NCBI GenBank assembly: GCA_045601385.1
Contig: JAZRZM010000003.1
Location: forward strand, 60,308 to 124,307
Reading direction: 5' to 3'
Origin: Clostridia bacterium
GTDB taxonomy: Bacteria; Bacillota; Clostridia; Christensenellales; DTU072
Length of the DNA stretch: 64,000 nucleotides
Below the pieces are notes generated by a model, which was given only the letters and a program-made list of their open reading frames with translations, was not told the DNA's origin and ran no database searches. The translations under genes and the position numbers were made by a program. Below are positions 27,613-38,363 of the stretch, in pieces (position 1 is the stretch's first letter; the number at the start of each line of letters is the position of its first letter).

Positions 27613-30018
27613 ATGAGTAATACTTATGATTTCAAAACGATAGAAAAGAAATGGCAGGACTATTGGTATTCCAACGGTATTTTTCACGCCGAAACAGATA
27701 CAAGCAAAAAGAAATTTTACGGTCTGATCGAGTTTCCGTATCCGAGCGGAGCGGGTATGCATGTCGGGCACATTCGCGCTTATGCGGGGATGGAAGTGGT
27801 CGCGAGAAAAAGAAGACTGGAAGGGTATAACGTGCTTTTCCCGATCGGATACGACGCATTCGGTTTGCCGACCGAAAACTACGCGATGAAAATGAAAAAA
27901 CATCCGCGGATTATTACCGACGAAAATATTAAACACTTCGACAAACAACTGCGCTCGGTCGGTTTCAGTTTTGACTTTGACAGAGCGGTCGACACGACGG
28001 ATCCGAATTATTACCACTGGACGCAATGGATTTTTACCCAACTTTTTAAGCATGGGCTTGCTTATAAATCGACCACGATGGTCAATTTCTGTCCGGCGTG
28101 CAAAGTCGTCCTTGCCAATGAAGAAAGTCAGAACGGCGTATGCGACCGCTGCGGAAGCAAAGTGGTTCAAAAAGAAAAAGACGTATGGTTCTTGCGTATC
28201 CGCAATTATGCCGAACGTTTGCTTGACGGACTCAGTGGCGTAAATTTCCTTGACAGAATCAAGACCGAGCAAGCCAACTGGATCGGAAAAAGCACAGGTG
28301 CGGAAGTGACTTTCAAAGTATCGTCGGCAAATAAAGAATATGATCTGAAAGTTTACACAACCCGTCCCGACACCATTTTCGGTGTGACGTTCCTTGTAGT
28401 CAGTCCCGAACATCCTATGTTGAAGGAATTTGAGAAAGACATCGCAAATATCGACGCAATCGCCGATTATCAGCAAAAAGCACTTTTGAAAAAAGAGTTT
28501 GACAGAGTGCAAATGAACAAGGATAAGACGGGAATAAAAGTCGAGGGACTTATGGCGACGAATCCGCTTACCGGCGGGAAAATCCCTGTCTTTACCGCCG
28601 ACTACGTTATGATGAATTACGGCACGGGGGCGATTATGGCGGTTCCCGCGCACGATACAAGAGACTTTGATTTTGCCAAAAAGTTCGGCTTGCCGATTAT
28701 CGAAGTCATAAAAGGGGATACAGACGTCAACGTTGAACCATACATTGCAAAAGACGGCGGAGAAATGGTAAATAGCGAATTCTTAAACGGTTTAAGCGTC
28801 AAAGAAGCCATTCCAAAAATGATTTCTTATATGGAAGAAAAGAACATCGGTAAAGCAAAGACCGATTTCAAAATGAAAGACTGGGCTTTCAACCGTCAAA
28901 GATATTGGGGTGAACCGATTCCGATCGTAAATTGCAAAAAATGCGGACAGGTAGCCGTCCCGGACGATCAATTACCGTTGGTTTTGCCCGATCTCGAAGA
29001 CTTCGAGCCGACGGATGACGCAACGAGTCCTTTAAGCAAATTGACCGACTGGGTAAATACGACGTGCCCCGTCTGCGGCGGAAAAGCGACAAGAGAAACC
29101 GACACCATGCCGCAATGGGCAGGGAGCAGTTGGTATTACCTGCGGTATATGAGTCCGAATTGCAAAACGGCTGTCGTCGATCCGAAAGACTATGCTTACT
29201 GGAAACAGGTAGATTGGTATAACGGCGGTATGGAACACGTAACGCGCCACCTTATATACAGTAGATTTTGGAATCAATTCTTATACGATATCGGCGTCGT
29301 AACCGAAAAAGAACCTTATCTCCGCCGTACCGCACAGGGATTGATTCTCGGTGAAGACGGCGAAAAAATGAGCAAATCAAAAGGAAATGTCATCAATCCG
29401 GACGACGTAATTCGCGATATGGGCGCCGATACCTTGCGTACGTTTATCCTTTTTATCGGCGATTATGAACAGCCTGCGCCGTGGTCGACGCAGGGAGCAA
29501 GCGGCTGTTTGCGCTTTTTGAACAGGGTATGGCGTCTTGCCGATATGATAAAAGAAACAAAAACAGACGATATTAATATGGCGGCTGTTATTAAAAAGGT
29601 ATCGGAAGACTACGAAGCGGCAAAATATAATACGGCTATCGCGCAACTGATGACCGCCGTCAACGTCTTCTATAATCGCGGATCGGTAACGCATAACGAA
29701 TTGAATACGCTTTTGTGCCTGTTATATCCCGTTGCACCGCATATTTGCAGTGAAATTTACGAAAATATCAATAACGGCGCAAAAATCGATCAAGCGAAAT
29801 GGCCCACGTTCAATGAAAAAGACCTTATGGAAGAGACGGTTGAGATACCTGTACAAATTAACGGAAAAATCAAAGCAAAAATGAAAGTTTCCGCTCAAGC
29901 GACGCAGGATGAAGTGATGGAAAGACTGCAAAAAGAATGTCCGGACGTCATCGCCGACAAGCAAATCGTCAAAATCATTTACGTCAAAGGAAGAATTCTC
30001 AATATCGTTGCAAAATAA
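27613..30018 (+). CDS. leuS: Leucine--tRNA ligase
   Basis: MSNTYDFKTIEKKWQDYW.., HIGH-type motif PYPSGAGMHVGH, KMSKS motif, CP1 editing domain. Start moved to 27613 because the ORF-track start at 27556 coincides with the -35 box. Confidence 0.95.
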   Translation: MSNTYDFKTIEKKWQDYWYSNGIFHAETDTSKKKFYGLIEFPYPSGAGMHVGHIRAYAGMEVVARKRRLEGYNVLFPIGYDAFGLPTENYAMKMKKHPRIITDENIKHFDKQLRSVGFSFDFDRAVDTTDPNYYHWTQWIFTQLFKHGLAYKSTTMVNFCPACKVVLANEESQNGVCDRCGSKVVQKEKDVWFLRIRNYAERLLDGLSGVNFLDRIKTEQANWIGKSTGAEVTFKVSSANKEYDLKVYTTRPDTIFGVTFLVVSPEHPMLKEFEKDIANIDAIADYQQKALLKKEFDRVQMNKDKTGIKVEGLMATNPLTGGKIPVFTADYVMMNYGTGAIMAVPAHDTRDFDFAKKFGLPIIEVIKGDTDVNVEPYIAKDGGEMVNSEFLNGLSVKEAIPKMISYMEEKNIGKAKTDFKMKDWAFNRQRYWGEPIPIVNCKKCGQVAVPDDQLPLVLPDLEDFEPTDDATSPLSKLTDWVNTTCPVCGGKATRETDTMPQWAGSSWYYLRYMSPNCKTAVVDPKDYAYWKQVDWYNGGMEHVTRHLIYSRFWNQFLYDIGVVTEKEPYLRRTAQGLILGEDGEKMSKSKGNVINPDDVIRDMGADTLRTFILFIGDYEQPAPWSTQGASGCLRFLNRVWRLADMIKETKTDDINMAAVIKKVSEDYEAAKYNTAIAQLMTAVNVFYNRGSVTHNELNTLLCLLYPVAPHICSEIYENINNGAKIDQAKWPTFNEKDLMEETVEIPVQINGKIKAKMKVSAQATQDEVMERLQKECPDVIADKQIVKIIYVKGRILNIVAK

Positions 30019-30064
30019 AAAGAGAAAAATATTCGAAAAATGAAAAAAATGTATATTGAAACGT

Positions 30065-30093
30065 TTGCATTTTTTTTATAAAAAGATTAAAAT
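30065..30093 (+). promoter_or_regulatory. sigma-70-type promoter of gap
   Basis: TTGCAT (30065-70), 17 nt spacer, TAAAAT (30088-93). Strong AGGAGG RBS before ATG 30134. Confidence 0.55.
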
Positions 30094-30130
30094 TATGACA
30101 ATAAAAAATTCCATTATAGGAGGAAAATAA

Positions 30131-31150
<1,020 letters not shown>

Positions 31151-31173
31151 TCGTTTTTTAGTCAAAATAAAAA

Positions 31174-31207
31174 AGCGTATCTCCAAAGCGTGATACGCTT
31201 TTTTTAT
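31174..31207 (+). terminator. Intrinsic terminator after gap
   Basis: AGCGTATC (31174-81) pairs with GATACGCT (31192-99), followed by a T-run. Confidence 0.85.
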
Positions 31208-31242
31208 TTGCAAAATAATCGTTCGGTTATTATAATAAAAAT

Positions 31243-32340
31243 ATGAAAAAGTTTTTTTCCGTCATTTTATGTTTATTTTGCATCCTGCTTGGAACGGGTT
31301 GTGAGGCAAAAGACAACGGAAAAGTTTTTCGATCACTTTCTTTTTTAGGGACGGAGATTACTTTTGTCGGATTTGACAAAAACGCCGATATGCAGTGGGA
31401 GTATCTGAAAAATATCGCGTCGGAAACGGAAAATGCCGTTTCGTTAAATAAAGAATCGGATATTGTTGCGTTTAACCGATCGATCGGCGGGAAAATTGAA
31501 ATCGGAAAAATTACGTTCGATTTATTGAATTCGGCACGGTTTGTTTATGAAAAAACAAACGGTTATTATAATCCCGCTATCGGACTTTTGGTCGATTTAT
31601 GGGGATTTACTGCTCGTTTTTCTCAAAATGACTATATCCCTACCGAAAAATATGATAGAGTGATTCCTTTTGAAAGTATTCCGGACAGTCGTTATATTGA
31701 GGCATTTTTGCAGTTGACCGATTTTTCGCAGGTAACGACCGAGCATAACGACAATGCTTATTTTGTCTATAAACCTATTTCTACCCAAATAATCGATGAT
31801 ACGACATATACGATGCACCTTGACTTGTCCGGTATTGCAAAAGGGTATGTCGCCGACAGGTTTGCCGAATATATGAATGAAAATTCTTCCACGGGAAAGT
31901 ACTATGCGGCTATCGGTTCAAGCAGTCTTGTTCTCGGCAAGAATCAAAAGGAAGAACCGTGGGACGTTGGCATCAGAAATCCGCGCGGAGAGGGCGCTTT
32001 CGCTACGTTCAAAGTCGAAAACAGCGGAGTATCGACCAGCGGAGATTACGAAAACCATTATTTTATTGGCGATAAACGTTATTGTCATATAATAGATCCT
32101 TTTCGTGGTTTTCCTACGGATTCAACCATAATTTCCGCTACCGTTTGCGGAGCGAGCGCCGCGGAATGCGACGCAATATCAACTGCGCTATGCGCTATGG
32201 AGTATCAAAAAGCAGCCGAGTTCTGCCGCACTGAACTAAACGACTTTTTTGTTTGCCTTGTAAACTCCGACGGCACGAAATATGTCGTAACAACATACGG
32301 AGAAAGTGATTTTCGACAAACGGGAGAAATCGGAAAATGA
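31243..32340 (+). CDS. apbE: FAD:protein FMN transferase (ApbE family), probable lipoprotein
   Basis: Signal peptide ending LLGTGC. ApbE motifs LDLSGIAKGY, GVSTSGDYEN, HIIDPFRG. Confidence 0.88.
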   Translation: MKKFFSVILCLFCILLGTGCEAKDNGKVFRSLSFLGTEITFVGFDKNADMQWEYLKNIASETENAVSLNKESDIVAFNRSIGGKIEIGKITFDLLNSARFVYEKTNGYYNPAIGLLVDLWGFTARFSQNDYIPTEKYDRVIPFESIPDSRYIEAFLQLTDFSQVTTEHNDNAYFVYKPISTQIIDDTTYTMHLDLSGIAKGYVADRFAEYMNENSSTGKYYAAIGSSSLVLGKNQKEEPWDVGIRNPRGEGAFATFKVENSGVSTSGDYENHYFIGDKRYCHIIDPFRGFPTDSTIISATVCGASAAECDAISTALCAMEYQKAAEFCRTELNDFFVCLVNSDGTKYVVTTYGESDFRQTGEIGK

Positions 32341-32789
32341 ATCGGATTTTACTTGAAAAAAAGAATAAACCGTTTCGTAAAGGCGATATTTTTATTTATG
32401 TCGCTATTCTTTCCGTTATTCTTGCTCTATTTGTACCGATAATAATTCGCAATAAGGATAAGCCCGATCATATCAAAGTTTTTTTATACGACGACTTAAT
32501 TCTCGAATACGACTTTACTTCCGATGTTTTTGACATACAAAGCGACAAGGTAAACTATAAAAAAACCGAAAAAGGGTATACTGTAACCATAAAAAACGGT
32601 AACGATATCAACGTTTTTTTAATTGATACCGAAAAAGTGTCGGTCGCTATGATCGAAACGAATTGTTCGACAAAAGCCGACTGCACATATCTTGCCGTCA
32701 CCCAAAAAGGGGATACGATAGCCTGCGTTCCGCACGGGTTATTGATAGTCGCCGAAAAGAATGAAGCCGATTTGCCCATAGTCGGTTGA
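32337..32789 (+). CDS. NusG domain II (NusG_II/DUF1312)-containing membrane-anchored protein
   Basis: N-terminal TM. C-terminal ..CSTKADCTYLAVTQKGDTIACVPHGLLIV is typical of the NusG_II family. ATGA overlap with apbE. Confidence 0.7.
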   Translation: MNRILLEKKNKPFRKGDIFIYVAILSVILALFVPIIIRNKDKPDHIKVFLYDDLILEYDFTSDVFDIQSDKVNYKKTEKGYTVTIKNGNDINVFLIDTEKVSVAMIETNCSTKADCTYLAVTQKGDTIACVPHGLLIVAEKNEADLPIVG

Positions 32790-32855
32790 AAACGCTTGAA
32801 AAAAGCAAACGTTTAATATATAATGAATCAAACTATTTCATAAGGAGAATAAAAA

Positions 32856-33068
32856 ATGATTACGATTACAAAAAATATGCTTTTGATCGATGTATTTCAA
32901 ACGGAAGGCGCGAACGTGGAAGCGATGGCAAACGTTCTCGCCGATTTCGGTATGCATTGCCTCGGATGTGCTTTGAGCCATAACGAAACGGTCGAAGAGG
33001 CGGCGATAGCGCACGGAAACGACCCGGACGCTATGTGTCTTGCCTTAAACGAAGCGGCAAATTCCTGA
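32856..33068 (+). CDS. DUF1858 / hybrid-cluster-protein-associated redox disulfide domain protein
   Basis: 70 aa, ITKNMLLIDV..LADFGMHCLGCALSHNETVEEAA.AHG is the characteristic CxxC-containing DUF1858 core. Confidence 0.75.
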   Translation: MITITKNMLLIDVFQTEGANVEAMANVLADFGMHCLGCALSHNETVEEAAIAHGNDPDAMCLALNEAANS

Positions 33069-33116
33069 TAACAAACCTATTTTTTCGTTATTTTGGGAAA
33101 ATAATCGCAAAATTGC

Positions 33117-33280
33117 TTGCGTAATATTTATTTATTTGATAATATAGATAAGACTTGCGGCAGTCCTATGCAGGTGTGCGCTTTGTTTCGGTTCGTTCTG
33201 CGAATCATTTTTATCGGATTATTTATGCGCACGAAATCTCAAGCCTGTACGAATGTCGTTGTACAATATGGAGGTAAGTC
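33117..33280 (+). promoter_or_regulatory. rplS promoter plus a structured 5' leader of about 130 nt (candidate L19 autoregulatory leader)
   Basis: TTGCGT (33117-22), 17 nt spacer, TAATAT (33140-45). The leader contains the long-range pairing GTGCGC..GCGCAC and the hairpin TGTAC-N10-GTACA just before the GGAGG RBS. Confidence 0.45.
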
Positions 33281-33631
33281 ATGGCAAACATTATCGATTT
33301 AATCGAAAAAGAAGGAATGAGAACCGATCTCGATCCGTTCCGTGTAGGCGACACCGTTCGCGTAAGCGTTAAAGTCGTCGAAGGTAACAAAGAAAGAGTT
33401 CAGGCTTTCGAAGGCGTCGTTATCGCTCGCAGAAACAGTTCTATCCGCGAAACGTTCACCGTCAGAAAAATCTCGAACGGCGTCGGCGTTGAAAGAACTT
33501 TCCCGCTTCATTCACCGAAGATCGCGTCGATTAAAGTTGTTCGTCAAGGTAAAGCAAGACGTGCGAAACTGTATTATTTGAGAGGCCGTACCGGAAAAGC
33601 CGCCAAGATCAAACAGGTCGACCGTTTTTGA
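33281..33631 (+). CDS. rplS: 50S ribosomal protein L19
   Basis: [39 protein letters not shown] is the canonical L19 sequence. Confidence 0.97.
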   Translation: MANIIDLIEKEGMRTDLDPFRVGDTVRVSVKVVEGNKERVQAFEGVVIARRNSSIRETFTVRKISNGVGVERTFPLHSPKIASIKVVRQGKARRAKLYYLRGRTGKAAKIKQVDRF

Positions 33632-33649
33632 TTTAACAAACTCACTATC

Positions 33650-33689
33650 AACAACCGTTCGGCTTGCCCGAATGGTTGTTTCCTTTTTT
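33650..33689 (+). terminator. Intrinsic terminator after rplS
   Basis: AACAACCGTTCGG pairs with CCGAATGGTTGTT (13 bp, one G-U), followed by TCCTTTTTT. Confidence 0.85.
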
Positions 33690-33708
33690 ATAACTGTATG
33701 AGGTAACC

Positions 33709-35958
33709 ATGAAAAAGAAAATAACGACGATTCTTCTCGTAATCGCGGTAATCTGTCTGACAGTTTGTATGTTTACCGGTTGCGCTCGCAAGAATGAAAA
33801 TATTTTATCCACTTCGGGTAAAGGAGAATTTTTCTATACCGATATAAGCGAACTGGAAAAAGATTTTTCACTTGTTTACGGTTCGTCCGCCGATAAAAAT
33901 TCGGTATTCAAACTGATCGAAATCGATGACGAAGACGAAAATTCGGCTTATGAACTGAAAATAAATACCACGTCTTCGAGTTCGGAAGGGTATGCCGCTC
34001 TGCAACAAAAAATCAATCTCAACGCAGGTTGTTATTATACCGTAACGTATGAGATTGCTATCGGCAGCATGGAAAGATATAATGCCGACGAAGGAAACGA
34101 CGGCGTCTTCTTTACGATTTTGGAAGATAAAAGTTTTAACTACACTGACGCCGCAACGGATTTTCATCAAGAAACAACGACGGGCGAAAAAACGTTCAAA
34201 TACAGCTTTTTGTCCAAGGAATCGGGCGAATATACCGCCGCACTTTGCGTCGGGACAAAGGATTGTCCTGTAAAAGCGGAAGTTGACGTATACTCTTTCA
34301 ATATTTGCCGCGTTTCGAAAAGCGAAGCGATTCACAATTTTGATAAAGACGCCAACGTGTTTGTTTCGGACATATATGGCGGAATAAAACTCTTTAACGT
34401 ATTTTATATCGTAATGGGCGCTTTCTTTATCGTTGCACTTTCGGCGGTAGCCTATACAATGTTCCGTCGTCATATGGCGCTTTCTTCCGAAGAACAAATC
34501 GCACTCGGCAGAGGATATAAGAACGCTTTCTTATTAAAACTTGAAAAAGATCCGAAAATCGCAATCATTTTATTTGCGGCAATCGGTTTTGTCGTACGGC
34601 TTTTGACCGACGTTATCGCAACGGCTGTCGCCGCAAACCATTCGACGATGATCCTCGGCTATAATGTAGAAGGTCTCGCCGCACAAGCCGTCTTTATATC
34701 CAAATACGGCCCCGCCAACCTCATCAAGTCTCTCGGCGGAGAATTTGCAACCGATTTCGGCTATACCGTAATGAGTGTATCAAGTTCGCCTTTGCAGTTG
34801 TATTTCCTCGGTTTTGCCGGACTTTTCGGTCGAATTTTTGAAACGATTACGCCCACATCGGGATATATTGCGACTGTCTTCTTTATTCGCATGTTCCAAT
34901 CTCTTGCGGATATCGTTGCGGCGTACTTTATCTATGATCTTGTTAAAAAGAACGCCGGCAATATCGGCGGCACGATTATCTCCACTCTTTATCTCTGCCT
35001 ACCGATTGTCTTTGCGACAAGTTCTTTGTGGGGATATATGGATAGCATAACGGCGGCTCTTATTGTGCTTACGTTCTGGTTTATGGTGGAAAAGAACAAT
35101 TATCTCGGCACGGCAATTACCTTCTTTGCCGCGTGCATGTTCTCGCAAACGGCTTTGTTCGTTGCGCCGATCGTTTTGTTCTATACCGTACTTACCTGCA
35201 TCAAAGACATCAAAGCAGGGGAATATCGTACCGTTATTTATGCCGGTTCGATTCTTGTTTTGTCCTTCTTTGTCTTTTACGCTTTGACCGCGCCGTTCTA
35301 TATCAACTACATTCAGGACGGAACGCCGTTCTATTGCTTCAAAGCGTCTTGGAACGAACTCTTTACAAACGCCGTATACACGTTTAACGCGTTCAATTTC
35401 CAAGCGCTACTCGGCAATAACAATATGCCCGTCACGACCGCTTCGCTTGTCGTTACGATCATCTTTATCGTCTTCATGTTGTCGATGATAGGACTTGCGT
35501 ATTTCAAATTCAAAAACAGAATGAATCTGATGTTGCTTGCTACGGCGTTTATCAATATGATGTTCGTTTTTGCAAACAACATGAATCCTGTTTCCGTATA
35601 CGTTTCTTTGGCTTTGATGCTTATCTATGCCATCATGAATAAAGAAAAGCGTATCTTCTTCAGTTTTGTCGTATTTGCCGCGCTTGCGTTCATAAACATT
35701 TCGTATACCGAACTCTTTGTGACTTATACGTCCTCGTCAATGGGTTTATTTGCCGAAAAATCGGCGGTCATGTATGTCTTCTCGGCAATATCCCTTGCGT
35801 TTGTTCTTTACTACATTTATATCGTTTACGATATCGTGGTTTCACGCAAAGTTCGGAAGATTTCGCCGCTTAATCTGCCGGTTCTCTCTTCCGTACGCAA
35901 CGTCGGTTTGAGAATTATAAAGAAATTTTACGGCATTAAGAGCAAATTTGCCCGCTGA
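33709..35958 (+). CDS. Polytopic membrane protein (749 aa) with an N-terminal extracytoplasmic jelly-roll/CBM-like domain; possible GT-C-type glycosyltransferase
   Basis: Signal/lipobox-like CMFTGC. About 190 aa of beta-rich domain (..YELKINTTSSSSEGYAALQQKINLNAGCYYTVTYEI..) followed by more than 10 hydrophobic helices. The function call is a guess from architecture only. Confidence 0.6.
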   Translation: MKKKITTILLVIAVICLTVCMFTGCARKNENILSTSGKGEFFYTDISELEKDFSLVYGSSADKNSVFKLIEIDDEDENSAYELKINTTSSSSEGYAALQQKINLNAGCYYTVTYEIAIGSMERYNADEGNDGVFFTILEDKSFNYTDAATDFHQETTTGEKTFKYSFLSKESGEYTAALCVGTKDCPVKAEVDVYSFNICRVSKSEAIHNFDKDANVFVSDIYGGIKLFNVFYIVMGAFFIVALSAVAYTMFRRHMALSSEEQIALGRGYKNAFLLKLEKDPKIAIILFAAIGFVVRLLTDVIATAVAANHSTMILGYNVEGLAAQAVFISKYGPANLIKSLGGEFATDFGYTVMSVSSSPLQLYFLGFAGLFGRIFETITPTSGYIATVFFIRMFQSLADIVAAYFIYDLVKKNAGNIGGTIISTLYLCLPIVFATSSLWGYMDSITAALIVLTFWFMVEKNNYLGTAITFFAACMFSQTALFVAPIVLFYTVLTCIKDIKAGEYRTVIYAGSILVLSFFVFYALTAPFYINYIQDGTPFYCFKASWNELFTNAVYTFNAFNFQALLGNNNMPVTTASLVVTIIFIVFMLSMIGLAYFKFKNRMNLMLLATAFINMMFVFANNMNPVSVYVSLALMLIYAIMNKEKRIFFSFVVFAALAFINISYTELFVTYTSSSMGLFAEKSAVMYVFSAISLAFVLYYIYIVYDIVVSRKVRKISPLNLPVLSSVRNVGLRIIKKFYGIKSKFAR

Positions 35959-35981
35959 TAAAAACAACGGTTAAAAGAAAA

Positions 35982-36012
35982 GCAGAGAGTCAAACGGCTC
36001 TCTGCTTTTTTA
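35982..36012. terminator. Bidirectional intrinsic terminator
   Basis: GCAGAGAG (35982-89) pairs with CTCTCTGC (35998-36005), flanked by an A-run and a T-run, between convergent genes. Confidence 0.85.
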
Positions 36013-36030
36013 TTATCTAAAAAAAGTAAA

Positions 36031-37224
36031 TTATACTGTTACGAACTTTCTGCAAATATTGTTCGTTTTGTTGACGAGGGCAAGTACTCCCTGCGCACGA
36101 AAATCAAGTTTAATCATAAAACGAATATTCTTATCCGCTTTATTGATATCGTTATACCGTAAAAGGACATTTTCGCAGGAATCACGCATCGCCGAAAAAA
36201 GGGCTTCTTTCTTTGCGCCGGCCACGGCAAGAACAAAAAGGTATGGCGGACAAGCGACGGCTTCTTCGTATGTTTTTTTCGTAATATCGAATAATGTATA
36301 AAGCGAAATCCTTTTCAATTTTGCCATTGTATAACGCTTTGTTTTTACCTTTTCGAGGTAATCGGAAAAATGAACCGATTCCATTGCCGCCATTTTCATA
36401 CGGTTATGCAAACCTTCCGAAACATCATAGTAATCCGCGAGTTCATAACCGTTTATTTCTTTCATCTTATATAAGCACAAATCGTCCAAAAGACTGTTAT
36501 CGGTATTGATTTTTGAAAGAATATCGTAACAAAACGGATGAACCGCTTTTTTGACGTCTTCGAGATGACCGCGTCTCAACGCAAGTCTGACCGCGCTTGC
36601 CGTCGGATACTCCGTTTCCAACGATAGTTCGTTGTCGCTTTCTTCCCGCTTGATCGTATGAAAGTGCACGTTTGGAATCAACTTTTTTGCGGCGATCATA
36701 TAAGAAATGCCGAGCAAGTTATTCGGAGTGTCAAGAATATGGGCGATATCGGCGTATTCTTCGTGTTTTTCGGCATATTTTTGTAAAGCAATGCATCTGG
36801 CTTTGGGATAACTGTCGCCGTTATTCAGTGATTCGGATAAATATTCTTTGTATTCCTGCGGTTCGTCCGACAACAAATCGGCGGCTTTTTGCAATAAAGA
36901 TATCTCGCCGCATTCGCTTCCGAAACTGATACAGTCAAGTGCCGGTAACGCGGAAGCGGTCTTCATGGCTCCGTAAGCGAAATTATCGGCAGGGGAAATC
37001 GCGTAAACAAGCGGAAGTTCCACCACCATATCGGCTCCGAAACTGACGGCAAGTTCGGCACGTTTGTATTTGTCGAGTACCGCCGCTTCGCCTCGCTGTA
37101 CAAAAGAGCCGCTCATAATGCAGATTACCGTATCGCAACCCGTCTCCGAGCGTGCGGAAAGTAAATGTCGGATATGCCCGTTGGTCATCGGATTGTATTC
37201 GCAAATAATCGCAACAGTTTTCAT
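36031..37224 (-). CDS. tmcAL: tRNA(Met) cytidine acetate ligase TmcAL (YlbM/UPF0348 nucleotidyltransferase)
   Basis: N-terminus AIICEYNPMTNGHIRHL (HxGH-type nucleotidyltransferase) and a length of 397 aa typical of the family. Confidence 0.8.
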   Translation of the reverse strand: MKTVAIICEYNPMTNGHIRHLLSARSETGCDTVICIMSGSFVQRGEAAVLDKYKRAELAVSFGADMVVELPLVYAISPADNFAYGAMKTASALPALDCISFGSECGEISLLQKAADLLSDEPQEYKEYLSESLNNGDSYPKARCIALQKYAEKHEEYADIAHILDTPNNLLGISYMIAAKKLIPNVHFHTIKREESDNELSLETEYPTASAVRLALRRGHLEDVKKAVHPFCYDILSKINTDNSLLDDLCLYKMKEINGYELADYYDVSEGLHNRMKMAAMESVHFSDYLEKVKTKRYTMAKLKRISLYTLFDITKKTYEEAVACPPYLFVLAVAGAKKEALFSAMRDSCENVLLRYNDINKADKNIRFMIKLDFRAQGVLALVNKTNNICRKFVTV

Positions 37225-37344
37225 TTTTTACCCCTTTTTACCTTTCGGTTGCTTGCTTTATTTTGCAAAAAAAATTATAATGGTTAAGATATATAAATTA
37301 TAATATATCTTTTTATAAAAATAAAGCATTTTGGGGAGGTAATT

Positions 37345-38346
37345 ATGTCCAAATTGATGGAAGAAATTAAAAACAAAGCCAAAACTCTCGGTAAAACGAT
37401 CGTGCTTGCCGAAGGGGAAGAGCCGCGTACGCTTGACGCCGCGGAAAAGATCGTAAAACAGGGTATCGCAAAAATTATTCTCGTAGGCGATTCCGAAAAA
37501 ATAAAGAGCGTTCGTCCCGATTTTGATTTTTCGCTTGTACAAGTCATCAATCCGGCGACATACGATATCGAAGACTTTGCCGACACCCTTTATCAAAGCA
37601 AATTGACAAGCAAAAAGCCGCTTACCATCGAACAAGCGCGTCAGCAAGTCAGCGGAAACCTGTTTTTCGGTGCGATGCTCGTCAAAAAAGGCTTCGCCGA
37701 CGGTATGGTCGCAGGCGCGATCAACTCGACCGGAAACGTACTCAGAGCCGGACTGAACGTCATCAAAACGGCGCCCGGTTGCAAAACCGTATCGGGTATA
37801 TTCCTTATGTGTTTCGACGGGACGCCCTTTAAGGACAACGAAGCGATGGTATTCGGTGACTGCGCCGTCAATATTCAGCCAACCAGCGAACAACTTTGCG
37901 ATATTACGATCAGTTCCGCCGCTTCGGCAAAAGCACTTGCCGGTATCGAAACGCCTCGCGTAGCCATGCTTTCTTTCTCGACGAAAGGCAGTGCGGCTCA
38001 TGCCGACGTCGATAAAGTGACCGCAGCGCTCGCTTTGGTGAAAGAAAAGCAGCCCGACCTTCTCGTCGACGGCGAATTGCAGGTTGACGCGGCATTGGTT
38101 CCGTCCGTAGCAAACCTGAAAGCCCCCGGAAGTCCCGTCGCGGGAAAAGCCAACGTCTTTATCTTTCCCGATCTCGACGCAGGCAATATCGGTTATAAAA
38201 TTTGTCAACGTTTTTCAGGTGCGGAAGCCATCGGACCGATTACGCAGGGCTTTGCCAAACCGATTAACGATCTTTCGCGCGGTTGCGTAGCCGAAGATAT
38301 CGTTGGCGTGGTTGCCATTACCGCACTGCAAAGCGCGGCGTTATAA
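37345..38346 (+). CDS. pta: Phosphate acetyltransferase
   Basis: 333-aa PTA_PTB-only form (..[19 protein letters not shown].. ..[15 protein letters not shown]..) followed by ackA. Confidence 0.93.
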   Translation: MSKLMEEIKNKAKTLGKTIVLAEGEEPRTLDAAEKIVKQGIAKIILVGDSEKIKSVRPDFDFSLVQVINPATYDIEDFADTLYQSKLTSKKPLTIEQARQQVSGNLFFGAMLVKKGFADGMVAGAINSTGNVLRAGLNVIKTAPGCKTVSGIFLMCFDGTPFKDNEAMVFGDCAVNIQPTSEQLCDITISSAASAKALAGIETPRVAMLSFSTKGSAAHADVDKVTAALALVKEKQPDLLVDGELQVDAALVPSVANLKAPGSPVAGKANVFIFPDLDAGNIGYKICQRFSGAEAIGPITQGFAKPINDLSRGCVAEDIVGVVAITALQSAAL

Positions 38347-38363
38347 AAAAAGGAGAAATCGCT

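Noticed and set aside
30056-30069. TTGAAACGTTTGCA palindrome at the gap promoter as a CcpA cre site
   Set aside because: Only the central AAACGTTT is symmetric. The element is one base short of the cre consensus spacing (TGWAANCGNTNWCA) and overlaps the -35 box. It is too weak to call.
37287-37310. AGATATAT-N8-ATATATCT inverted repeat in the tmcAL/pta divergent region
   Set aside because: It is pure A/T sequence in an AT-rich promoter region. It is likely chance or part of the promoter's UP-like context, and there is no supporting second copy.
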